A DNA stretch of 41,429 nt from Chiloscyllium plagiosum (lineage: Eukaryota). Below are positions 13,083 through 24,364 of this stretch, piece after piece. The stretch covers positions 33,859,961 through 33,901,389 of the forward strand of contig NC_057718.1 of assembly GCF_004010195.1 (NCBI RefSeq), in the 5' to 3' direction. The stretch's first letter is position 1. Each line of letters begins with the position of its first letter. The notes below the pieces were generated by a model. It was given only the letters and a program-made list of their open reading frames with translations. It did no database searches and was not told the origin of the DNA. The position numbers and the translations under genes were made by a program.

Positions 13083-13460
13083 TATAGAAACGTCGCAAAT
13101 AGGAGCAGGAGTAGGCCATTCACCTTTAGAAGCCTGCTTTGCCATTCAGTATGGTCATGGCTGATTCTCTATCTCAATGCCATATTCTCACTTTCTCTTC
13201 ATATCCCTAGGTGTCTTTCATATCTAAAAGTTTGTGTCTTCCTCTCTTGAATATATTCAGTGACTTGATCTCCATAATCTTTGGTGATAGGAAATTCCAC
13301 AGGTTCATTATCCTTTGAGCGAAGAAATCTTTTCTCATTTTGGTCCTAAATGACCTACCCTGTATCCTGAATTGTGTTGTTCTTGATTTCCCAACCAGGG
13401 AAGTCACCCTCTCTTCATGGGTCTGTCTAACCCTGTTGTAATTTTATACATTTCAATTAG
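13083..13460 (-). mobile_element. CR1 LINE 3' fragment
   Basis: Minus ORF FRTKMRKDFFAQRIMNLWNFL...SLNIFK; 3' end (plus strand) ataggagcaggagtaggccatt. Confidence 0.8.
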
Positions 13461-14662
13461 TCAGTGCACCATAGCTCCCCCAATATACTCTTAAAGTGGT
13501 AGAATGAACCAATATGAATTTCACTGAAAGACATTTATGAATTGAAGAGAGATTGATACTTGACAATAGAACACTTCAAGCTTTTGACTACCTGTTGTGC
13601 AAGCCACCATAATAGGCGTTGGTTACAAACTAAAGGTCCACTAACACTACCAACAGGTTTGAAATCCAACGCTCCCACTTTATCAGTACACCATTTTTCA
13701 TGTCCCATCCAAACCACCATTGTGGTCTCTGAATGACATGGCTGAATTATCAGTTTTCAATCAGTGAGAGATTGATACTCTGGGATAGATTGAAACTGCC
13801 TACACTTATTTCACTTGGGAGTATTTTAACCATCCATGAGAGATAAATTTTTATTCCCATCAATTTGGATTGCATTTTAGTTAACTCCTAAAAGTGAAAG
13901 GTTTTGTTCTTGCCCACTCAACCACCCAGTTTTCATTGGTAAGCATTATCGTTTTTTTTAGGTCTTGTACATTATGTATCAGTCCAAGTCATAGCTGCCA
14001 ATAATTAGAACCTATTGATGAAAAATATTTGACATCTGTCACTTTGTTTTTGTTAGTTAGTGAGATAAGAGCTACAACCTAACTAAGTTGTGACAGACTT
14101 TTATTTTAAATACAGGGTGGACAGTCTCAACTGTAAATACTTTGCTGATCCTTGAACAAAAATATGTTGTTGCTTGTCAATGATTCTGGTTTTTCCTGAA
14201 TACATCTGCTCTGGTCTATCAAAAATAAAACTTAGCATTTTTAAAGCCCACTTATAGTTTAAATGTATTCCATTTCTTGATAAAAATATAAAGGTAAGCA
14301 TATTTTCAGAATTGATCTGGCTAAGCACTGATATGACTATATATAAAAAAAACAACGCAGTATGCAAAGAAAATACCCCCGATTATAACAACAAAAATTC
14401 TTAGTCAAGTAAATCTTTTTCTAAATCTTTTGTTCTGATTTTGCTACCGTTTAATCATTTCAACTCAACCAACTGTCTGAAATACAATTCAACGTTCCAG
14501 TGTTGATTTTGGTCCACTTCCCTTTCCCTCTTGTGGATATCATGAACTCAATTTGTTATTTTCTCACTAGTTGCATGATAGTTTGCTTTTGTTGAAATCA
14601 AATAGATGTTTATCCTGTAATTAGTTTACATTGTTGATTGTTCTTGATTTATTGTTTTCTAG

Positions 14663-14748
14663 GCAGAACTCATGTTTCCTTACCAGAGCAACGTTTCTTG
14701 ATATTCTCAATATCCTTTGTCATCAGTTGGATAAGTCAAAAACAATAG
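14663..14748 (+). CDS. THADA: THADA internal coding exon (86 nt, phase 2 to phase 1)
   Basis: Acceptor ttgttttctag and donor G|gtaaga. Encodes (R)QNSCFLTRATFLDILNILCHQLDKSKTI, resembling vertebrate THADA RQNPCLVTRAVYIDIL as I recall it. Splices in frame to 32001. Confidence 0.85.
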
Positions 14749-15419
14749 GTAAGATTTTATAGAATCAAATTGCAAATCATTGCAGTGTTTTCAATATATC
14801 ACTAATCATAACAGTTCTGACTTGTACATGTTTTCGACAAATTAAGGTATTTTAACAAAAGATCTTGAGGGATCTTTAAGCCCATTCAACGTATGTATTA
14901 TAGCTAACATAGAATATTATGTTCATGTTGTGATTAAAAAAAGATGAACACTTGTCATGGTTGACAAAAGTTGCAGAATAGACATAATTGGCTAAATGAC
15001 CACTCCTGTTTTTGGTTTGTAGATAGGAAAACTCAGTGATCAACCTCCAATGATGCTGATGACTGCACCTTATTGTAGATGATGTTGACCTCAAAAACAA
15101 ATTGTGTGGTGCAAACATTCTTAACTCAGTCGATTTAGTTGTGACAAGACAGTGTTAGGAGTATTGTTTCTTTTCAAAATTATTCAAATGAAAGTTCACT
15201 AACTGACCACTATCTTTATTGAGTACTTTAAATGTAGTTTGTCACTGAATTGAAATGATACTCTCTCTAATGAAAGTCAAGGTAATGTTAGACTGCAGTT
15301 GAGAGATGATGGGGCAATTTTAACTGCTGGGTAAATGTTAAATGTCAGGCTCCCCAACACATCCCAATCCAATTTTGTGCCCCTCCTCCAGCCCCATCAC
15401 TTGGTCACCTACACCAAAT

Positions 15420-15780
15420 GCAAGTACCCTCGAGCTGAGAATTTAAAAGTCTCATCCATTTTTGAAGCCACTCCATGATCTTTTTATATAGTATACACTG
15501 CTTCAGCTTCGCTCCCGTTTCCCAAAACTTAGCTTGTCCTCTTGGATACTTCTCCCTTGTCCCATCATTTGTGGTCCTGTCACTAGGCACCTAGACCACA
15601 GGCTAGGCAATTCCAATCTTGAATCCATTCAGTTGTACTATTCATTTTATTTTGGTGACCCTTCCTAATATTTCTGTTTTTAGTTATAGTATCCATATTT
15701 TTTCTTACACCACTTGTGATGTCTTTTGGGTGATTATCCAAATTAAAGACACACGATAAGTGGAATTATTTTATATGTTT
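15420..15780 (+). mobile_element. Very old L2-like 3' end
   Basis: Degenerate tail gtcttttgggtgattatccaaattaaagacacacgataagtggaattatt resembles L2 3' termini. Confidence 0.3.
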
Positions 15781-18700
15781 ATTATTGTAACCAGGTGTTA
15801 GAAAACTGGTGTGCATCTAAAAGCATAACACATCAGTACAAAAGTTGGAGAGATTGCTTTAATGTGAGGCTTGCTTTGACCTGGTGTTTGCTTTGCTTCA
15901 GATAGTTTGTTAGTGACTAAATGAAGCAACTTCCATCAGCCAACCTTTGACTTTGAACACTCTTTAGTTAGCTCTCCCTTGTACCTTGGATTTCCTTTTC
16001 CTTGAATGCCCTTTTCTTTAAACTATAACTCCGATGTTTTGCTTTATCTGTAAAATTACTGACCTTGTTTCTTTTAATCAAAATCAATCAGCCTTCGGTT
16101 TGATTGATCTTAAACAAATTCCTAGGTACTTTTGATCGCCACGGAGTTTAATTTAAGGAAATGCTACTATTTAATTTTGTCTGATGTTGGGCTTTAATAA
16201 TAAAATAGTATATTTTAATCATTACTTTATCATATTTTCACTTTCTCAGATCTGTCCAGTCATCCCTTAATTGCATAAGGAAAACCCATGTCACCAGCAA
16301 ACCTTTTATTATATTGCAATGAGTGATAGGCAGCAAGAGTAACTGCAATGTTGGGTACAGTAACAGGGAATCGTGGAATTTGTTTTTCCCAGTACAGTCA
16401 ATCTTCTTAATTCAAAACCTCCTATTGCTCATCAATATAACCACCATTGGTTGTCAACCTAAAACTTTTGGTATTCAACCCTCATAAACAGTAAAAAAAA
16501 AATTTACAATACAAAGGAAACTTTGCACAAAAATTGCTGATAATGCCATAAACTCTATAGTTCATCCTCTTTTATGTAGCTAAATCTTTTTATGCTCACC
16601 ATTGTGCTGTTGAGTTTCATTAGTTGGTAAGTAAATGGACCATTTCAGAGTGACACAGACCTATCTCCACAAAGGAAAATGCTACAGGAGAACTGTCTTT
16701 GGTTGTTACACATTAGATATGCTGCTATTTTAGAAAGGGAAAACTTCATGGATATAGGAAAAAGTCAAGAAAAACACTCTTTAGAGAGCTGACACAGGCA
16801 CAAGTAGGCTAAATCTAATTCTCTTAGTTTTGAGTTCCAAAATTAACTTTATTGCATTTTATCTGCCTTTTATCTTTGAAAAGGTAGAGGAAAAGAAGGG
16901 TAAGATTTATAATAACGCACAGCGGTAAATTGTTCCAATGATCCAGAAATACAGTGACTTCAAACTCTGCATACTTAATACTTGTGCTGAAATTATATGG
17001 TTTTAAAACGTAAGTAGAACTATATAGATTACTGTAGCTAAACAATATGCTATAGTTATGTAGGGACTTTGCCTCTCTGCTGGAGCATTTTGTTTTCGTC
17101 TTATCGATGTTTAAAATACCTTAGCAGCCTGTTGTTCTGGTAGGTCCAGTTGATTTAGGTGTTAATTTAGAACTTTAAGCTCTTGCAGTCTTTATGTGGA
17201 GTTGATGAAATCAGTGAGGCAAAGCAACTCCTTGAGTTGGATAAGTTCAATTAGTCAGTAAAATCTTTGGCAACGTTGAAAGGATTCATACTGAAAGTTT
17301 TGAGTTTTATGTTATCCAAGGGAAAAGTCACTATTTGTGGGTGGCAATAATGTAATTGAGTTTATTTAGCTTCAAAACTAAATCTAAAGAAAAGTCATGT
17401 GAAACCTCAAAAGTTTGTTCAAGATTAATTCAGAAAAATTCAGTTTTTAAGTGAAGACTACTTTTTGTCAAAAAATGCTCTTTATTGTATGAATAGATTT
17501 CTAAGTTATCCACTCAAAAAGCGGAGTGAGGATGTAAAGAAATGACATAAAAATGACTTAATTTAAAGCTGAGCAATTGCCAAGTTTTAATGCAAAAGGT
17601 AAACAAACCTATTTCATTCACTAAGTACTTTATATGTAGCATTGTGTATACAGACTGTTGAACTATCTTTGCAGCTGAATTGAAGGCAAAGTTAGAGAAA
17701 GCCATCAAGAGACCTCATGCTTTGCTTGTTTAGCTAATCAAGAGGAATTTTGTTAGTGCAGCTGTGCTGTTGGTTACAAACTGTACTGATAGACCTAGGT
17801 CACTGAAACATTTTACCCTAATTGCCTGCCTTTTTGATTTATTTTTATAACTACGTAGTGCACTTTAACTTAAATATTTGGTTATTCTAATCTTTGAAAT
17901 CCTGCAGCTGTGGTTTTCCATTTCTTTTATGCTGCAGGCTATGGTGGAACTGTGGAGTATATATTTTTGTGGGTATCTCTACAAAACTAAGAGCAAGGGG
18001 AGTTTCGGGCTATTATTCAATACTCATATTAATTTCTCTGGCAACCTGACTTTATCACTGTCCACTCTGTTTGTCTTTCCTCTGGTATTCATCCACCAAA
18101 ATTAAGCCTTTTCCCCCAACCTGGGTATATTTTTTTAAAAAGCCTTCAAGCGGTCAAAGGTTTATTTTTCTTTCTCTGATTGAAAGAGTTGAAATATTAG
18201 TATTATACATAAACAGAAGTATGATGATTCCTTGTCTGTAACCATTGGAATTCCAACCATTGGATTGATGTACATTGCGAAAACTGCTGAAGTGACAAGG
18301 CATATGATAAAATGGCAACAAGAAAAATCTTTGATAGGTTTTAAAATTTGAATGGCTCTTTCGTTTGTTTATCAAAATCAAAGTCAGTAACCAAAGAGAT
18401 ATTTCCAAACATTGGCATTGAAAACAACCAATGAGGACACCAACAAAGATTATTCAATGGATTATCACTATGCTGATCTTACAGTCAGAAAGCACACCAA
18501 CACCTCTACTGCCTCAGAAGGCTAAGGAAATTCTGCATGTACACAATGACTCTTACCAATTTTTATAGATACACCACAGAAAGCATCCTATTTGGATGCA
18601 TCACAGCTTGGTATGGCAACTGCTGCGTTCAAGATTGCAAGAAATTACAGAAAATTGTAAACACCGCTTGATCCATTATGAAAACCAACCTTCATTCCAT

Positions 18701-18821
18701 TGACTCCATCTACATTTCCCACTGCCTCAGGAAAGCAGCCAATATAATCAAAGACCCCTTCCACCCATTTATACTTTCTTTCATCCTCTCCCATCAGGTA
18801 GAAGCTGCAGAAGTTTGAAAA

Positions 18822-19103
18822 CTCAAGGAGCTGTGCAAGGTCAGTATTTGACCATGTTTAATGTAAACGTGGATAGATTTCTGATGAAAAGTGATGAAAA
18901 GGGTTATGGGGATGTGTTGGGCTAAAGGTATTAGATTAACCACAATAGTATTGAGTGGTGGAGCAGCCGCAATGGGCTGAATGGTCTACTCCTGTTCCTA
19001 AGAGGTGAAACCATGGTTGACTTTTCTACTTTTTTACATACAGAAAAGGTCAATTGTGGAAGCTCTACTGTCACCCTAGCTGAGATCAGCCAACTCCCAA
19101 ATA
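18822..19103. repeat. Left arm of a 282-bp inverted duplication (partner 20082-20364)
   Basis: Reverse complement of 20082-20364 with two substitutions and one 1-nt indel by my alignment. Confidence 0.95.
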
Positions 19104-19213
19104 TAATTCCTTAGCCTTAGCCTTCTTTCCCACTGTTATCAGACTTATGAACGGACCCCTCATATTTTACAGTTGATCTTTCTCTGTGCCTTCTCTGTAG
19201 TTGTAACACTGTA

Positions 19214-19970
19214 CAGAGGAACCTCGATTATCCGAATATCAATTATCCAAATTTCAGATTATCCGAAGAAGATCTCAAGGTCCTGATAGTAACATCACAT
19301 CAAAGATGTGTTTCCAACACTGATCGCGTCTTTTGTTTACAGTGATTAAAAGTGACCTCAGCTTACTGAAATGTTGCTGAGAACTGTCCTGTACATCGAT
19401 GGGAGCCCAGGCACTGTCTCCAAATGACTGATCTCCTGCCCTCTCTCTCTCCCTCCACACTTTCCCTGGAGTTCTTCACAGGGGTGAACCCTAAACCCCC
19501 CTTCCCCAGATAATCTCTCCAACGTTGTCCTGTACAGGGCAAAGGTGGAAGCTGTCAAAAGATTGCAGTAAAAGGGTGGGTGGGTGTGTGTGTGTGTGTG
19601 TGCGCGTGTGTGCGCGTGCGTGTGTGTGTGTGTGTGTGTGTACGCACGCACGCACGCTTAGGAGACTCACACCCCCACCCCAAACAAAGGCAGCAGTAAT
19701 CTTACTGTTGGCGTCCGGTCTGGCTGCCCTGGTGGAGGGTTTTGGGGTGGGTGTATGTGTGGTTTGGGGAGCAGATGGGAACGGTGTTAAACAGGGTTAC
19801 AGGGGGGGCGGTGCGTTGTGCTGCTGCCTTGTCTCCTGAATGGGGAACCGCCTTAGCAGAAAACTCAGAGCCCCACAGGAGAGGCATTGAATCAGTCAAT
19901 TAATCGAATAATCAATTATCCGAACGACATAGTGCCCGTCCATCTTGTTCGGATAATCAAGGTTCCTCTG
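19214..19970. mobile_element. Tc1/mariner (pogo/Tigger-like) non-autonomous element (MITE)
   Basis: 23-bp TIRs cagaggaacctcgattatccgaa / ttcggataatcaaggttcctctg (1 mismatch), TA duplicated at 19212-13 and 19971-72, subterminal attatccgaa repeats, no transposase ORF. Confidence 0.9.
19584..19657. repeat. (GT)n/(GC) compound microsatellite inside the MITE
   Basis: gtgtgtgt...gcgcgtgtg...tacgcacgcacgcacgc. Confidence 0.95.
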
Positions 19971-20081
19971 TATTCTGTTCTATTACTCTAGTATGATTTG
20001 TCTGGTTAGCACGCAAAACAATACTTGTCACATATACTGAGATACAATGCAAAAATAAATCAAATCAAAATAATTTCCATG

Positions 20082-20364
20082 TATTTGGGAGTTGGCTGAT
20101 CTCAGCTAGGGTGGCAGTAGAGCTTCCACAATTGACCTTTTCTGTATGTAAAAAAAGTAGAGAAGTCAACCATGGTTTCACCTCTTAGGAACAGGAGTAG
20201 ACCATTCAGCCCATTGCGGCTGCTCCACCACTCAATACTATTGTGGTTAATCTAATACCTTTAGCCCAACACATCCCCATAACCCTTTTCATCACTTTTC
20301 ATCAGAAATCTATCCACGTTTACATTAAACATGGTCAAATACTGACCTTGCACAGCTCCTTGAG
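20082..20364. repeat. Right arm and probable source of the inverted duplication; includes an old CR1 3' end on the minus strand from ~20188
   Basis: ggaacaggagtagaccattcagccc is a CR1-like 3' terminus that appears to continue past 20364, so this arm is likely the original locus. Confidence 0.9.
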
Positions 20365-20632
20365 AATTCCAAAGGTTTGCAATCTTCCAAGTAAAAAGCA
20401 TTCTCTGGGTCTTTAAGTGGCATTCACTTTATTTTGTAAGTGGTGTAATCTTGTATTCTATCTGTCTTGTATAACAAACTTAAATGCCGCAAATTTAGCC
20501 TATTTTCTGGCTAATTTACCTACTGCTTGGTTCAAAGGATTATATATTTGAATACTATGGCCTTTTTATTGATTATATCATAGTGATTGAAGAAACTGGG
20601 TCTGTATGCAGCAGTGCTAACCACTGAGCTAT

Positions 20633-20984
20633 CAGGGCAACACACAGGCTCGCTGGTTAGCACTGCTGCCTTACAGCGCCAGAGATTCAAGTTCGATTCC
20701 ATCCTCTGGTGACTGCCCGTTGGAATTTGCAAATTCTCCCCATGTCTGCATGGGATTTTACTGAGTGCTTTGGTTTCCTTCTACAAACCAAAGCTGTGCA
20801 GGTTAGGTAGATTGGCAATGCTAAATTGTCCCGTAGTGTTCAGAGATGAGCAGGCGAGGTGGATTAGCCATGGTAAACATGGGTCAAGGAGATAGGGTTG
20901 GGGCTGGATCTGGATGGGATGCCGTTCAGAAGATCACTGCATACTTAAAGGGCCCAATGGCCTCTTTGCACACTAAGGATTCTA
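20633..20984 (+). mobile_element. HE1/V-SINE-like tRNA-derived SINE
   Basis: A box ggctcgctggttagc, B box agttcgattcc, V-domain-like ggaatttgcaaattctccccatgtctgcatggg, CR1-like tail ending gattctat; homologous to 40147-40458. Confidence 0.85.
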
Positions 20985-21844
20985 TTTTGTAGAATGTTGA
21001 ACAATGAGAGGTGATCTTAACATAGAACATAACAGCGCAGTACAGACCCTTCGGCCCTCAATGTTGCACGGACCAATCTGAAGCTCATCTAACCTACACT
21101 ATTCCATTTTCATCCATATGTTTATCCAATAACCATTTAAATGCCTTAAGGTTGACAAGTCGACTGCTGTTTGCAGACAGGGTGTTCCATGCCCCTACTG
21201 CACTCTGAGTAAAGAAATTACCTTTGACATCCGACCTATAATCTCTCATTCCTCAACTTAAAGCTGTGTCCCCTCATGCTAGCCAGCACCATCCGAGGAA
21301 AAAGGTTCTCACTAATCACCCTATCCAATCATCTTGTATGTCTCTATTAAGTCACCTCTCAACCTTCTTCTCTCTAACGAAAATAGCCTCAAGTCCCTCA
21401 GCCATTCTTAATAAGACCTTCCCTCCATACCATGCAATATCCTAGTAAATCTCCTCTGCAGCCTTTCCAATGTTTCCGCATCCTTCCTATAATGCGGCGA
21501 CCAGAACTGTACACAATACTCCAAGTGCGACCGCACCAGAATTTTGTACAGCTGCAACATGACCTCATGGCTCTGAAATTCAATCCCTCTACCAATAAAA
21601 TCTAGCACACCGTACACCTTCTTAACAACCCTATCAGCCTGTGTGGCACTTTCAGGGATCTATGTACATGGACACTGAAATCTCTCTGTTCATCTACATT
21701 ACCATGCATCTTACCATTAGCCCAGTAACTCTGTATTCCTGTTGCTCTTTCCAAAGTGAATCACATCATATTTTTCCACATTAAACTCCATTTGCCACCT
21801 CTCAGCCCTGCTCTGCAGCTTATCTATGTCCCTCTGTAATCTGC

Positions 21845-22024
21845 TAGGAGAAAGTGAGGACTGCAGATGCTGGAGATCAGAGCCGAAAATGTGTTGCTGG
21901 AAAAGCGCAGCAGGTCAGGCAGCATCCAAGGAGCAGGAGAAGAAGGGCTCATGCCCGAAACGTCGATTCTCCCGCTCCTTGGATGCTGCCTGACCTGCTG
22001 CGCTTTTCCAGCAACACATTTTCG
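21845..22024. mobile_element. Short fold-back PLE terminal element (family B) with 14-bp TSD
   Basis: TSD cctctgtaatctgc at 21831-21844 and 22025-22038. 64-bp inverted arms (21878-21941 / 21967-22030). The loop holds a hammerhead remnant that lacks CUGA. Confidence 0.9.
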
Positions 22025-22784
22025 CCTCTGTAATCTGCAACATCCTTCAGTACTGTCCACAACTCTATCGACCTTAGTATCATCTGCAAATTTACTAACC
22101 CATCCTTCTACACCCTCATCCAGGTCATTTATAAAAATGACAAACAGCAGTGTCCCCAAAACAGATCCTTGTGTTATGCCACTAGTATCTGAACTCCAGG
22201 ACGAACATTTCCCATCAATCATCACCCTCTGTCTTCTTTCAGGTAGCCAATTTCTGATCCAAACAGCCAAATCACCCTCAATCCCATGCTTCCGTATTTT
22301 CTGCAATAGCCTACCATGGGGAACCTTATCAAGCACTTTACTGAAATCCATATACACCACATCAACTGCTTTGCCCTTATCCACCTGTTGATCACCTTCT
22401 CAAAGAACTCAATAAAATTGGTGAGGCATGACCTACCCTTCACAAAACCATGTTGATTATCCCTAATAAAATTATTCCTTTCTAGATGATTATAAATCCT
22501 ATCTGTTATAACCCTTTCCAACACTTAACCCACAACAAAAGAAAAGCTCACTGGTTTATAATTACCAGGGTTGTCTTTATTCCCCTTCTTGAACAAGGGG
22601 ACAACATTTGCTATCCTCCAGTCTTCTGGCACTATTCCTGAATACAATGACAACATAAAAATCAAAGCCAAATGCTCTGCAATCTATGAGGAGAAAGTGA
22701 GGTCTGCAGATGCTGGAGATCAGAGCTGGAAATGTGTTGCTGGAAAAGCGCAGCAGGTCAGGCAGCATCCAGGGAACAGGAGAA

Positions 22785-22816
22785 TCGACGTTTCGGGCAT
22801 AAGCCCTTCTTCAGGA
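22785..22816 (-). ncRNA. Minimal hammerhead ribozyme motif (family B), minus strand
   Basis: Minus strand: TC-CTGAAGA-a-GGGC-ttat-GCCC-GAAA-CG-TC-GA; perfect core with a GUC cleavage triplet. Confidence 0.8.
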
Positions 22817-22817
22817 T

Positions 22818-22849
22818 TCCTGAAGAAAGGCTTATGCCCGAAACGTCGA
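22818..22849 (+). ncRNA. Minimal hammerhead ribozyme motif (family B), plus strand
   Basis: TC-CTGAAGA(22820-22826)-aa-GGC-ttat-GCC-c-GAAA-CG-TC-GA; one stem II mismatch. Confidence 0.7.
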
Positions 22850-24364
22850 TTCTCCTGTTCCCTGGATGCTGCCTGACCTGCTGCGCTTTTCCAGCAACAC
22901 ATTTCTAGCTCTGCAATCTACACCCTGCCTTCCTATAGAAAATTGCCAATAGAGTGATCTCTCCTTTCCTGTTTCTAACCTCAACCCATCCTACCTCAGT
23001 AGATGAGTCCTCAAACGTCCTTTGTGCCACCGTAATACTTTCCTTGACCAACAATCCCTCACCTCCTGCTCTTTTACCATCTTCTCTGTTCTTACTGAAA
23101 CATCTAAATCCTGGGAACTGCAACAACCATTCCTGTCCCTGCTCTATCCATGTCTCCGAAATGGCCACAACATCAGGATCTTCAGTGTTTCAGTCAAGTT
23201 GCCTCTTCCTCCCCTAAATGCCAACTGACGCAAGCCTAGACTATCCAAATTTTCCTTGTAAGGCGAGTCAGTTAGTCAATATTTGGAATTAGTGGGCAGA
23301 AACAGCTTTTTAAAATGGCTGTTCAAATTATATGATCCTAACCATTTTGAACTCCAGTTAATTCTCAGTCTCAAATAAACACCAAAGTAAATGTGAACAT
23401 TCATGTAAAAAGACATGAATTATAGAACACCAAGATAACTACAGCATTCCCTTAAGCCTGTCTCTCTCTTTCACCATGGATAAAGGAAAATCTTGAGATG
23501 TAAGGTGTCTGTAAAGCAGATTGATACTATAAACTTCCACTGTATTATGATAATCTTTTAGCTAAACTACAATGGTTGACTCAAATGCTAATACTAACAC
23601 AGCACCCCTCTGGTTTGAAAAAGGGGGTTTGAACATTTGAATATCACCTGACAAGCCATTTTGTTGTTGACTTTTTAAAATCGCCAAGATGCTACTTGCA
23701 GATGGAGAATTCCATCAAAAGCCAATAAACCAGTCAGTGTTCCAAGCAGCCAAAATAATAAACAGCTACATCATGAAAGGAGGAGCCAGTAAATACAAGA
23801 GATGACTGTCTTAACCTGAGCCACCTTCGGGTTTAATGACAACTAACCTCCTGAAATTTGAACAAACCTCAGTTTGCTGAGTTTCCTTGGTTTTACAAAA
23901 TTTTCATTTCACCTTTAAAATAGTAACACCATCTAAGATGACTACAGACTTAACACAAAAACGAATGAGAAGGTAATAATGTGCAGTGTTTTTTATCCAC
24001 TATCTAATCTTTGAGAGATAATATGAGACACATGAATGACCTGTCATGTTTAAAATCCACGGCAAATGGGGTCATCTTTTTAAAAACTCAAAAGCCTATT
24101 GTGGGAATTATTTAGTCGGAGCATTTATTTAAGTGGGCAAGAAAACAGAGAATATTTTGGCCATGGGCAAAAAGAGAAACCCAAATTCCCTTTTGAAAGT
24201 TACAACTGGATCAGTTTTTGCAACCATTAGTGGTCATGCAATCTAGGTCATTAGCTTACTGCTTCAGAGTAAAATATAAAGTGAGGTCTCTGGTTCTTTG
24301 CTGTTCCTCTCAAATTTTATAACCACAGCACATATGGAAACTCTTCCTCCCCAACTGCAGTTTA

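Larger units (their letters stand above)
18490..20070 (+). mobile_element. Rex1/Babar-type LINE 3' portion, split by an inverted insertion and a MITE
   Basis: Encodes RLYCLRRLRKF...LTNFYRYTTESILFGCITAWYGNC...CLRKAANIIKDPFHP...LPSGRSCRSLK, resumes FFPTVIRLMN at ~19123, and ends in an (atcaa)n tail at ~20055-20070. Confidence 0.8.
22687..22907. mobile_element. Palindromic PLE terminal element (family B) with 13-bp TSD
   Basis: TSD gctctgcaatcta at 22674-22686 and 22908-22920. 96-bp inverted arms centred on 22817 with 2 mismatches. Confidence 0.92.
21018..23175 (-). mobile_element. CR1 LINE ORF2 (endonuclease fragment, RT and 3' end) with an internal deletion and two PLE insertions
   Basis: Minus peptides AISETW (endonuclease), QHGFVKGRSCLTN, VDVVYMDFSK, QGSVLG, KFADDTK, LEYCVQFWSPHY; tail aacatagaacata. 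Confidence 0.95.

Noticed and set aside
19358..19839. ORFs with HT and VC repeats
   Set aside because: Translation of the (GT)n microsatellite inside a MITE.
20633..20705. tRNA-like sequence (also 40385-40458)
   Set aside because: A and B boxes are present but run into SINE body and tail; these are SINE heads, not tRNA genes.
21824..22391. 186-aa and 174-aa overlapping ORFs as a novel fusion protein
   Set aside because: Chance read-through from a broken CR1 RT into the non-coding fold-back insert; the surrounding CR1 ORF2 is frameshifted.
21845..22907. Fold-back elements as DNA-transposon MITEs, miRNA genes or CRISPR-like repeats
   Set aside because: Arms are asymmetric, TSDs are 13-14 bp and the sequence matches the terminus of an RT-coding PLE at 29783-29910; there is no repeat-spacer array.
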